Below, piece by piece: positions 55,451 through 63,865 of a stretch of 64,000 bases of DNA. A program made the translations under genes and the position numbers. The first letter of the stretch is position 1, and the number at the start of each line of letters is the position of its first letter. A model generated the notes under the pieces. It did not search any database. It saw nothing but the letters and a program-made list of their open reading frames with translations, and had not been told where the DNA came from. Location: positions 186,001 to 250,000 of IMG/VR virus record IMGVR_UViG_3300025121_000011; one strand, written 5' to 3'.

Positions 55451-58400
55451 ATGAAATTAGTAATTGTAGAGTCTCCCAACAAATGTTCCAAGATAAAAAA
55501 AATCTTGGGAAGTAATTATCTTGTCATGGCCTCTGTTGGTCATATCATGGATTTATCAAAAGAAAAGAAAGATAAAACTTCAAGATTTTGGAACGGAATA
55601 GATTTGAGTACTTGGGATGTGAATTATAGTGTTAGTCCTGGAAAAAAAGATGTAGTAAGTAATTTAAAAGACGCTGCAAAAAAATGTGAAGAAATCTATA
55701 TCGCAACAGATGATGATCGCGAAGGAGAAGCTATAGCTTTTAATATATTAGATATTCTTCCTAAAAAAGGTATCAAAATACATCGAGTTATATTTAAGAC
55801 TATTACACAAAAGGATATTTTAGATGGTATTAAAAATCCTATTCCATTTAATGATAATCTATATGCAGCTCAACAAGCTAGACGAATCACAGATAGATTG
55901 GTAGGATTTAAAGTTAGTCCAATCATGTGGACAAAAGGTTTAAGAAAAACAAGCGCAGGAAGGGTGCAATCTGCCGCTCTTAAGTTTATTGTAGATAGAG
56001 AACGAGAGATTAGAGGTTTTAAACCAGAAGAATATTGGACTATTAAAGCCAAAACTGATTTAAAATTTGATGCTAGTTTTTATGGAATAGATTCTAAGAA
56101 ATATATTCCAAAAACAAAAAAGAAAGTAGATGAAATTTTAAAAGATTTATCAAAAGATATAACTGTTGCTTCTTATGTAACAAAACAAAGAGAGAGATCT
56201 CCAGAGCCGCCTTTTATTACAGCATCTATGCAAAAAGATGCTGGTAATAAATTTGGATGGACTGGTAAAAAAGTTATGGATATAGCACAGAATTTATTTT
56301 CAAGTGGGTTGATTACGTATCACCGTTGTTTCCCTGGGTATGTAAGAATATCTACATCTAAAGGTCTAATTCCTATTAGAGATATTAAGATAGGTGAAGG
56401 AGTTCATACTATCAATGGAATTAAAAACGTAACCGATATAGTTAAAAATAAGAATCGAGATATATTTAAACTAAACACCAAACACGGATATCAAATTTTC
56501 GGATCTAATAATGAACCATTTATGATTTATGATTGTGAGAATAGAGTGCCGGTTTGGAAAAGATTAGATAAATTGAGAGCCGGTGATCTAATAGCTCTTA
56601 GTGGGCAAGAAGGCTTTTCTGAGGTTAAAAATAATATCTTTGAATACACTTGTCCATTTGAATCAGAAATGGATTCAAATAACCTATTAACATGTAATAT
56701 TTGCAATAAAAAATTCAAGTCTTTGTCACCACATATCAAAAGATATCATAAGTTAACGGGCAAAGAATATGTTAAAAAATTCGGAAAAACAAACTTACAC
56801 ACAAACTCTGTAGAAAAATTTAATATTCCTAAAATAATGACTCCGGATTTGGCAAAAATATTAGGATATATATTATCCGAAGGGTGTATATCTAAGAACG
56901 GAAGAAATATTTTATTTTATAATAATTCCAGAGAGGTTTTGAATGATTTTGCGGTCTCTTTTAATAAAATATTTGGTACACAATACAGTCCAATGTATAA
57001 TTCTAATAAATTCGAAGTTAACTCAAAAAGAATAGTTTGCTTTTTGAGTTATTTGGGAATGAATAGTAAACTTTCAATAGAAAAAGAGATTCCACATATA
57101 ATATTTAAATCTGATTTAGAATCTAAAACTGCCTTTATTAAAGCATTTTGGGAAGGAGACGGAAGTTATGATTCAATCATTACTAATTCCGAAAAACTTA
57201 AAAATGATCTAAAATTATTACTTCTTTCTATCGGAATACCTACTGGATGCCATATTAATAGGGAGTACACTGGTTTTTCGATTGGAAATTCATCATATAA
57301 GGTTCAGCTTTCTGGATTTTATATTCAAAAGTTTTTTAATTTAATCGGAGAGCCGATTTCTAAGCACAGAATGGAGCAAAAAGAGAAATTACTAGAAAGA
57401 ACACCAAATGGACAGCATTGGTCAAATAATAAGTTAACAACCGATAATGTTATTTGGGATAAAGTTATTGATAGCTCCTATTCACATAAAGAGGATACCT
57501 GGGATCTTACTGTTGAAGAGCAGCATCATTATATTGCAGAAGGATTTATTGCTCACAATACTGATAGTATTCGGTCAGATCCAGCAAAAATAATTGATAT
57601 TAGAGATAGAATTGAAAAATTACATGGAAAACAATATTTATCTCCACAAACCAGAAAATATGCTTCAGGCGGAAATTCTCAAGATGCGCATGAAAGTATT
57701 AGACCTACTTTTGATACGGTTTCTGTATCATTAGGAACAGATGAACGAAAATTATTAGAATTAATTACTAATAGATTTATGTCCTCGCAAATGGCAGATG
57801 CCATATTTGACCAGGCTGCTGTTAGATTGGAAACAACGGGAAAAGATCACACATACGAGTTTCGCGCCAATGGATCAGTCCAAAGATTTGATGGTTTTTT
57901 AAAGGTATATGGAGCAGCATCAAAAGACAACGTTCTACCAGCATTAAAGAATGGACAAAAGATTGGGGTTGATAAGTATGAATCAAGTCAGCATCACACA
58001 GAAGCCCCCGCCAGATATACGGATCCCGGAACATTTACAGATAAGATGGAAAAGGAGGGTATCGGACGACCAGCTACTTATGCTTCTACAATGGATACTT
58101 TAATTGATCGCAACTATGTTGAGAGAGAAAAACAGAAAATTAAAGCTACAGAAGTAGGTATCATGGTTTCTGATTATTTAACGCATTTCTTTAAAAATGT
58201 TACTAGTTCTGCCTTTACAGCTACAATGGAAACAGAGCTTGATGAAATCGCTGAAGGCAAAAGACAATTTAAAACATCTATGGATACATTTTTTAATCAA
58301 TTAACATTAGAAGTAGACGCAGCCAAAACATCTAAAGTTCAAATATTTAAAACAGATATAGATTGTAGTAGTTGCAATGATGGAACTAAAATGATTAAAA

Positions 58401-58951
58401 AGATTTCTGATTTAGGTGTATTCTTAGGATGCGATAATTGGCCTAAGTGTGGACACACAGTTAATTTTGATACTGATGGAAATATGGTAAATGAAGAGGT
58501 GGATACAGGCTATGAATGTCCAATTTGTGGAAATATATTAGAAAAAAGAAAGGGACCATATGGAGAATACTATCGCTGTAAGGGCTCTGCTTGTAGTTTT
58601 ACAGGAAAAGAAAAAGATGGATCCGTAGTTGCTTCCGGAAAGTCTGCTTCTGTAGATCTGGGCGTTCCCTGTCCTAAATGTAAAAAAGGAACTTTGCTTA
58701 AAAGAGAAAGTGCGAAAGGCCCTTGGGTTGGATGTAGCGAGTTTAAAAATGGTTGTAAATTTACAGGTTCTATTGATGATTCTGGTAGTATTGTAGTTAA
58801 AAAGACACAGACAAAAACTTCTAGTGGGAAAACAACAAACGAATCATGCCCACTTTGTAAAACTGGAAAATTAATTGAAAGAAAATCTAAATTTGGTGCC
58901 GGAACTTGGTTAAGTTGTGATGGTTTCCCAAAGTGCAGATATAAGAAATAG
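55451..58951 (+). CDS. topA: DNA topoisomerase IA with C-terminal Zn-ribbon repeats, intein-containing
   Basis: LVIVESPNK, ASVGHIMDL, ATDDDREGEAI, ARRITDRLVG, SAGRVQS, ITYHR|TDS, HESIRPT, EGIGRPATY; four C4 ribbons. Confidence 0.93.
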   Translation: MKLVIVESPNKCSKIKKILGSNYLVMASVGHIMDLSKEKKDKTSRFWNGIDLSTWDVNYSVSPGKKDVVSNLKDAAKKCEEIYIATDDDREGEAIAFNILDILPKKGIKIHRVIFKTITQKDILDGIKNPIPFNDNLYAAQQARRITDRLVGFKVSPIMWTKGLRKTSAGRVQSAALKFIVDREREIRGFKPEEYWTIKAKTDLKFDASFYGIDSKKYIPKTKKKVDEILKDLSKDITVASYVTKQRERSPEPPFITASMQKDAGNKFGWTGKKVMDIAQNLFSSGLITYHRCFPGYVRISTSKGLIPIRDIKIGEGVHTINGIKNVTDIVKNKNRDIFKLNTKHGYQIFGSNNEPFMIYDCENRVPVWKRLDKLRAGDLIALSGQEGFSEVKNNIFEYTCPFESEMDSNNLLTCNICNKKFKSLSPHIKRYHKLTGKEYVKKFGKTNLHTNSVEKFNIPKIMTPDLAKILGYILSEGCISKNGRNILFYNNSREVLNDFAVSFNKIFGTQYSPMYNSNKFEVNSKRIVCFLSYLGMNSKLSIEKEIPHIIFKSDLESKTAFIKAFWEGDGSYDSIITNSEKLKNDLKLLLLSIGIPTGCHINREYTGFSIGNSSYKVQLSGFYIQKFFNLIGEPISKHRMEQKEKLLERTPNGQHWSNNKLTTDNVIWDKVIDSSYSHKEDTWDLTVEEQHHYIAEGFIAHNTDSIRSDPAKIIDIRDRIEKLHGKQYLSPQTRKYASGGNSQDAHESIRPTFDTVSVSLGTDERKLLELITNRFMSSQMADAIFDQAAVRLETTGKDHTYEFRANGSVQRFDGFLKVYGAASKDNVLPALKNGQKIGVDKYESSQHHTEAPARYTDPGTFTDKMEKEGIGRPATYASTMDTLIDRNYVEREKQKIKATEVGIMVSDYLTHFFKNVTSSAFTATMETELDEIAEGKRQFKTSMDTFFNQLTLEVDAAKTSKVQIFKTDIDCSSCNDGTKMIKKISDLGVFLGCDNWPKCGHTVNFDTDGNMVNEEVDTGYECPICGNILEKRKGPYGEYYRCKGSACSFTGKEKDGSVVASGKSASVDLGVPCPKCKKGTLLKRESAKGPWVGCSEFKNGCKFTGSIDDSGSIVVKKTQTKTSSGKTTNESCPLCKTGKLIERKSKFGAGTWLSCDGFPKCRYKK
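56327..57559 (+). mobile_element. Intein (411 aa) with LAGLIDADG endonuclease and a C2H2 zinc-finger insert in topA
   Basis: Begins CFPGYV, ends TWDLTVEEQHHYIAEGFIAHN followed by Thr; ILGYILSEG and FIKAFWEGDG; CNICNKKFKSLSPHIKRYH. Confidence 0.92.
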
Positions 58952-58969
58952 AATTTAAACGGAGTATAT

Positions 58970-59542
58970 ATGGCGCGGTTCGTTTTGTATGTAGGTCCAA
59001 TGTTTTCTGGTAAGACTACCAGATTGTTAGCAGAATTAGATAGATATAAATATAAAAATAAAAGAATCCTCCTTTTAAAACCAGATATGGATAGACGTTA
59101 TTTTCACTCAAAAATTTGCACACATTCAGGTTCTGTAGCGGATGGCGTAGGAGTAAATAATATAACAGAAATTGCTTCTTTAAATCCTTTTGATTATGAT
59201 GTGATTGCTATTGATGAAGCTTTTATGATTCCAAATATCGATCAAATGGCTATTAGCTTATATTCGCAAGGTAAGATTGTTTTAATATCTTCACTGGATT
59301 TGTCTTCTTCTTTGTTGCCATTTCCTGAAATATCTCGAATGATGCCTTATGCTACAGAAATTTGTAAATGTAATGCTGTTTGTGGTGTAAAAAATTGTTA
59401 TCAAAATGCTTTTTTAACGTATAAAATAGAGGGAGTTGGCAAAAAGGATTCTGGAGAAATTGAAATAGGTGGAGCAGAAATGTATGAACCAAGATGTTGT
59501 TTGCATCATCCAATTTTGGCATCTTTTAAACACTTAAGTTAA
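58970..59542 (+). CDS. tdk: Thymidine kinase
   Basis: GPMFSGKTT, IAIDEAF, C..C...GGAEMYEPRC. Confidence 0.9.
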   Translation: MARFVLYVGPMFSGKTTRLLAELDRYKYKNKRILLLKPDMDRRYFHSKICTHSGSVADGVGVNNITEIASLNPFDYDVIAIDEAFMIPNIDQMAISLYSQGKIVLISSLDLSSSLLPFPEISRMMPYATEICKCNAVCGVKNCYQNAFLTYKIEGVGKKDSGEIEIGGAEMYEPRCCLHHPILASFKHLS

Positions 59543-59560
59543 TATTTTATTGGAGTAAAA

Positions 59561-60094
59561 ATGTATGAATTAGCTTCAGAATTTAAAAATGAATTGATTC
59601 ATATTATTAGTCAAAAAAGACATGCCAATAAAGAAGATGTAGATTATATTGTTAAAGTATTGGTTTGTTATTTAAAATCAGAAGACCTATGGCCTAAGGG
59701 TAAAATATATTTAGTTGATTTATATCTTGAGGCAAACAAAACAAATAACAAATTTATTCGAATACAAAAATTTCGTACTCTTGGCGATTATTCTTTAGTT
59801 ATGTCTGGTTTTTTTCCAGAAAGTATATCAAACCCTTCTTATTATATAGATATGGGATCTGCTGCATATTATGAGGTATCAATGTTAAAGAATCAATCAG
59901 AGCTATATAGGCGATTAGCTTTTGAATATTTACATTATGTTAATGCATTAAATCATGTTTCAATGGCAAGTAGATTATCGGGTGTAGAGCAAATTGGGTT
60001 AATATATCAGAAATATATAGAAACTCATAGTCCGATGCTTAAAAATAAATTACATGCTCTGGGGCTTTTGGATTTAAATGAGATAATGAGTTAA
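59561..60094 (+). CDS. Conserved hypothetical protein of a bacterial-type family
   Basis: RTLGDYSLVMSGFFPES...YYIDMGSAAY pattern recalled from an uncharacterised cellular family. Confidence 0.5.
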   Translation: MYELASEFKNELIHIISQKRHANKEDVDYIVKVLVCYLKSEDLWPKGKIYLVDLYLEANKTNNKFIRIQKFRTLGDYSLVMSGFFPESISNPSYYIDMGSAAYYEVSMLKNQSELYRRLAFEYLHYVNALNHVSMASRLSGVEQIGLIYQKYIETHSPMLKNKLHALGLLDLNEIMS

Positions 60095-60118
60095 TAAAAT
60101 AAATAAAAATATGATTTA

Positions 60119-60451
60119 ATGGAGGAGATAGTGTCTAAAGAGTTTACATTAGAAGAAGTACAAATTTTAATTGCCAAGGAATGCGACAATATAAAATTTC
60201 TATTATTAGAAAAAAATAAATCATATGGTAATTCTGTAATTAGTCCTAAACGAATCTTTTCTAAAGCTTCACCAATAGAACAAATTAAAGTCAGAATTGA
60301 TGATAAACTTTCGAGATTGGAAAACTTAAAATCATCAAACAGTGATTTAACAGAAGATCCAGCTTATCGTAGAAACCAAGAAGATACAGAACAAGATATG
60401 ATAGGTTATTTAATTTTATTAAGAGTGGCCAAACAATTATATGGAGATTAA
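60119..60451 (+). CDS. DUF1599-like (nucleotide-modification-associated, dNTP pyrophosphatase-like) protein
   Basis: LLEKNKSYGNS, VRIDDKLSRL, EDTEQDMIGYLILL. Confidence 0.65.
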   Translation: MEEIVSKEFTLEEVQILIAKECDNIKFLLLEKNKSYGNSVISPKRIFSKASPIEQIKVRIDDKLSRLENLKSSNSDLTEDPAYRRNQEDTEQDMIGYLILLRVAKQLYGD

Positions 60452-60453
60452 AA

Positions 60454-60867
60454 ATGATTACTATTGAAGAAATTTATGATATTATGAATTATGAAGAACC
60501 TATTTATTTCGCTGAAAATAGAGAATTGGAAAATTTACGTAAAATCAAACAAGGAGAAGTCCCTGTTCGAGAAGTTTTTAGACGCACAGGTCGTTCTACA
60601 TTTTTAATTGCTTCAGCTATTTTTTTAGCTTCAATTGGTAAAAGTGTAGCAATTAAAACAGAAACTTTTAAACAAGCATTATATTTAAATCATGTAATGG
60701 AATTTATAACTAAAAACATTAACTGTGCTATGGAAACTGAAGTTAAATATGATAATATTTATTTTTATACTAATCCCATACATTTAATGGGCATCAAAGT
60801 AGATGTTTATTTAGAAGATTCGGTTTTGATAGACTTACGAATTAATCAAACTGGATTTTACGCATGA
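60454..60867 (+). CDS. Hypothetical protein with a P-loop-like RRTGRST
   Basis: 137 aa; only a Walker-A-like segment is recognisable. Confidence 0.45.
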   Translation: MITIEEIYDIMNYEEPIYFAENRELENLRKIKQGEVPVREVFRRTGRSTFLIASAIFLASIGKSVAIKTETFKQALYLNHVMEFITKNINCAMETEVKYDNIYFYTNPIHLMGIKVDVYLEDSVLIDLRINQTGFYA

Positions 60868-61202
60868 TAGTAGCTACAGAAAGGGCAATTCAAGAAATGG
60901 TTTCTTTGCGTAAAGAGCTACAAATGCCTGATGGTTATTTGCGAATAGGGATAAGTGGAGGAAGTAGCTGTCAAGGATTCATATATAAACTATCTTTTGA
61001 AGAAGATATCTTAGATGATGAATTGATAGTTATTTCAGAAAAACACGAAGAATGCGTTTTACTTTGTCCATTAGCAAAAGAATATATTAAAAATTTAGAA
61101 ATTGATTATTCTGATGATATAGAAAATGAAGGATTTGTGTTAAGTATTCCGGGCATACATGGTTGTCAATGCGGCGAAGGAACTTGCTCTAAAAAAAAAT
61201 AA
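60864..61202 (+). CDS. HesB/IscA/ErpA-like Fe-S carrier protein
   Basis: IVATERAI, LRIGISGGSSCQGFIYKLSF, IDY...EGF, GCQCGEG. Confidence 0.72.
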   Translation: MIVATERAIQEMVSLRKELQMPDGYLRIGISGGSSCQGFIYKLSFEEDILDDELIVISEKHEECVLLCPLAKEYIKNLEIDYSDDIENEGFVLSIPGIHGCQCGEGTCSKKK

Positions 61203-61208
61203 TATAAT

Positions 61209-61703
61209 TTAAGATAAAAAGCTATATGAACCCCAAGGAAGGATTTCTATTTTCTCATTCGGAAGTCTTGTCAGTTTTTCCGAAAAATACTTTAAAATTT
61301 CTGTTCTTAATGACAAGATTATATTTTGCATAGAATCTGAAGCGAGATTTCCTTCTACAAGGAGAATCATTGTGCCCGAAAGATTCTCTTTAGGTATATA
61401 CCAATAGATACTAACCTGAAAGTGAGCACCTTTTTGAATTGGAGTTTTATGTAAATTAATAAGACAACGAATATTGGAGGGGCTTGGTAAAACTTCTGAT
61501 GTTAATACCTCGGGAGTTAATACTTCTGGAATTAATACTTCTGGAATTAATACTTCTGGAATTAATACTTCTGGAATTAATACTTCGGGAATTTCAAGTT
61601 CTACTTCTTGATTTATATTTTCTTGGTTGATTTTATGTAAAGATTTAATAATGGTAAATGGTTCTGATTTTATAAATGGGTTGATTTTGTTAATTTTCCT
61701 CAT
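61209..61703 (-). CDS. Hypothetical protein with a (PEVLI)n low-complexity tract
   Basis: IPEVLIPEVLIPEVLIPEVLIPEVLTPEVLTSEVLP. Confidence 0.6.
   Translation of the reverse strand: MRKINKINPFIKSEPFTIIKSLHKINQENINQEVELEIPEVLIPEVLIPEVLIPEVLIPEVLTPEVLTSEVLPSPSNIRCLINLHKTPIQKGAHFQVSIYWYIPKENLSGTMILLVEGNLASDSMQNIILSLRTEILKYFSEKLTRLPNEKIEILPWGSYSFLS
61487..61593 (-). repeat. 15-bp coding tandem repeat (about 7 units)
   Basis: TTAATACTTCTGGAA units on the + strand, degenerate at both ends. Confidence 0.8.
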
Positions 61704-61724
61704 ATTAAATTGTCCTATAAATTA

Positions 61725-62849
61725 TTAAATTTTAAACACTCCAACATCTACCAGTTTTATCTCTCGATCTTTTTTTCCAATCATAATATTTTCTTCGTGT
61801 ACATCTTTCCATTTAATACCATAATCTTCTAAAATTCGCAAAAAATCCAGAAAAGATTGAAACTCTGAACTCGGATTATCTTCCGGTTCATTATAATGTA
61901 TTGGAAAAGGAGAAGAATATAAATCATAAAGGTCAAAATTATCATCTATATATATAATTATTTCTCTATATATTTTATCTGGAATATTTCCTTGATATAT
62001 TCCAGAATAGCTTAAGTAATTTTTAAGAAAAGAACGAAGCAAAGAATATGTCATTTCAAATGTATTTTTAGCATCAGTTAAACGTTTTAAAACTTCTCGT
62101 CTGGTGGGAACAACGATTTGTTTAGATAAACTTATTAATTGTTCATCTTTTGAATCTATTAAGATTTTCTGAATTTGGCGCTTAAATTCTTCTGGATGAT
62201 ATATAAGATTAACCATATCTGTTAAATTTCCTTTAAGCTCCCCAAAGCTAAAAGCCTTTTTTATAGAACTTGGAACGGGATCTAATTCTTCCATTAAGAT
62301 AATATAATATCGAATAGTGGTATTATATTTTTTAGATTCTACAGAACCGGTAAATGTACCATATATATTTGGAATATGTTTTTGTAATTCTGGAGCAATG
62401 TTTTGTGAAGCTTGTTGAATCGCCCTCCATACTTCTACATCTTGAGCTTCTCCCCACTCTAATTGTTTGCCATAAAACCCTATTTTTGCAGATACGGGTT
62501 TTCCTTCATATACAGCGGAATATACTGTAGCATATTTTCCAACTCCTAAAAATCCAGAATTATCTCCTCTGGTAACCGGAGTAATTCCATGTTGATGTAG
62601 AGCGGTAAGTTCTTCATCCTTCATAGACTCTGGAGGAATAGTTACATTTTTTAATAACTCTTCTTCAGATTCATATTTTTCAGGAAATTCTTTTACCGCT
62701 TCTTCATGCCAAGGCTCATCATATTCATCGGGTTCATCGGGTTCATTAGGTTCATCATATTCTGAAGCTAATGAATCAACTTCATTAGCATAAGATTTAA
62801 GATGCAATCGACTTAAAATACTAGATAATTTTAATAACCTATTTTTCAT
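61725..62849 (-). CDS. Ser/Thr protein kinase-like protein with the shared leader motif
   Basis: LGVGKYATVY Gly-loop, VSAKIG, IILMEEL, WKDVHEENIM catalytic loop, KLVDVG; N-terminus RLLKLSSILSRLHLKSYANEVDSL. Confidence 0.8.
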   Translation of the reverse strand: MKNRLLKLSSILSRLHLKSYANEVDSLASEYDEPNEPDEPDEYDEPWHEEAVKEFPEKYESEEELLKNVTIPPESMKDEELTALHQHGITPVTRGDNSGFLGVGKYATVYSAVYEGKPVSAKIGFYGKQLEWGEAQDVEVWRAIQQASQNIAPELQKHIPNIYGTFTGSVESKKYNTTIRYYIILMEELDPVPSSIKKAFSFGELKGNLTDMVNLIYHPEEFKRQIQKILIDSKDEQLISLSKQIVVPTRREVLKRLTDAKNTFEMTYSLLRSFLKNYLSYSGIYQGNIPDKIYREIIIYIDDNFDLYDLYSSPFPIHYNEPEDNPSSEFQSFLDFLRILEDYGIKWKDVHEENIMIGKKDREIKLVDVGVFKI

Positions 62850-62875
62850 TGTTCACCTTAAATATTTAATTTTAT

Positions 62876-62882
62876 ATTAATA
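62876..62882 (-). promoter_or_regulatory. TAYTAAT element (putative late promoter)
   Basis: ATTAATA on + (TATTAAT on -), 26 nt upstream of the start at 62849. Confidence 0.45.
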
Positions 62883-62897
62883 GTTATCAAGATTAGC

Positions 62898-62928
62898 AAA
62901 AAGGCAGTTCTCAAGAGCTGCCTTTTTT
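62898..62928 (-). terminator. Intrinsic terminator, potentially bidirectional
   Basis: AAAAA-GGCAGTTC-TCAA-GAGCTGCC-TTTTTT, immediately after the stop of 62935..63423(-). Confidence 0.8.
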
Positions 62929-62934
62929 AATTGA

Positions 62935-63423
62935 TTAACGGCATACTTTATCTGCTACTCCTGATGCGCACCAAGCTTCTGGTTTAATAGAGCATTCATA
63001 ACCTTGACTAGCAACAAGGCCAATTAACTCTACTTTAAAAGCAGATGTTTTAGACAGCTTTGGATTTGGTCCAATATCTAAGTGAATATGAATTGTCTTT
63101 TTAAAATCTGGTTCAATCTCCATAGCTGCTTCTAAAGAGCGATAAGCTTCTAGCATCATTCTCATCCTAAGATTAGGATAATCCTTTTTAAGTATTTTTT
63201 CTTTAACATAAAAAACCCGACCAGAACAATCTGATCCATACCTAGAGTTTCTTCTAACAAAAGCTATGCAGGTGGCGATATAGATTTTATTTTTAATTAC
63301 TTGAGAATCAGTGCCTATATAGGCATCATATCCTTCTGAATCATATTGTTTTAATATTTTAATAAATTCTTCATATGAATATTCAACTTGATTTAGATTT
63401 TTAATTTTTTGCTCTTTTAGCAT
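62935..63423 (-). CDS. RNase H-like (DUF458/YkuK-type) protein
   Basis: AYIGTDSQ, EAYRSL, IHLDIG, IKPEAWCASGVADK. Confidence 0.7.
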   Translation of the reverse strand: MLKEQKIKNLNQVEYSYEEFIKILKQYDSEGYDAYIGTDSQVIKNKIYIATCIAFVRRNSRYGSDCSGRVFYVKEKILKKDYPNLRMRMMLEAYRSLEAAMEIEPDFKKTIHIHLDIGPNPKLSKTSAFKVELIGLVASQGYECSIKPEAWCASGVADKVCR

Positions 63424-63527
63424 ATAAATTTGCCTCTGAATTTGCTATTAATATTTTATAGCAAGATAGACAGTATAATCACAGAAATATTTCATGAATC
63501 CACAACAATCTATGGGTGAATTGTTGA

Positions 63528-63809
63528 ATGAAAACCCCACACAACATACGATACCCAATCAATAATTCAGAAGCAATTCATTTTATACATATAACAAATA
63601 TACATTGGCTGAAGAGTCTTTCAATACCTGATAAAAGAAAACGTTGCAAAGAAACGCTACATATAATTAAAGAAGTACAATTTATATTAAATGAACTTAA
63701 AAAAGAGTTAGATAAATTAAAAAGAGAAAATAAAATAGATTTAGATATTTCAGAAGCATATTTAGTTATTTTAAAGTGGTATGCTACACATTGGAGACTT
63801 AAAAAGTGA
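63528..63809 (+). CDS. Hypothetical protein
   Basis: 93-aa ORF. Confidence 0.4.
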   Translation: MKTPHNIRYPINNSEAIHFIHITNIHWLKSLSIPDKRKRCKETLHIIKEVQFILNELKKELDKLKRENKIDLDISEAYLVILKWYATHWRLKK

Positions 63810-63865
63810 AACTAAATTCTGCTAAAAGATTGTATAAACTCGGAATTTATTTATTCGATCAAGCT

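Noticed and set aside
4253-58034. Many short antisense or alternative-frame ORFs in the track (e.g. 4253-4450, 10978-11205, 20633-20992, 46809-47009, 53557-54000)
   Set aside because: They lie wholly within longer motif-bearing genes, lack RBSs and read as shadow frames
60454-60867. Terminase large subunit from the RRTGRST motif
   Set aside because: Only 137 aa, with no Walker B or nuclease domain
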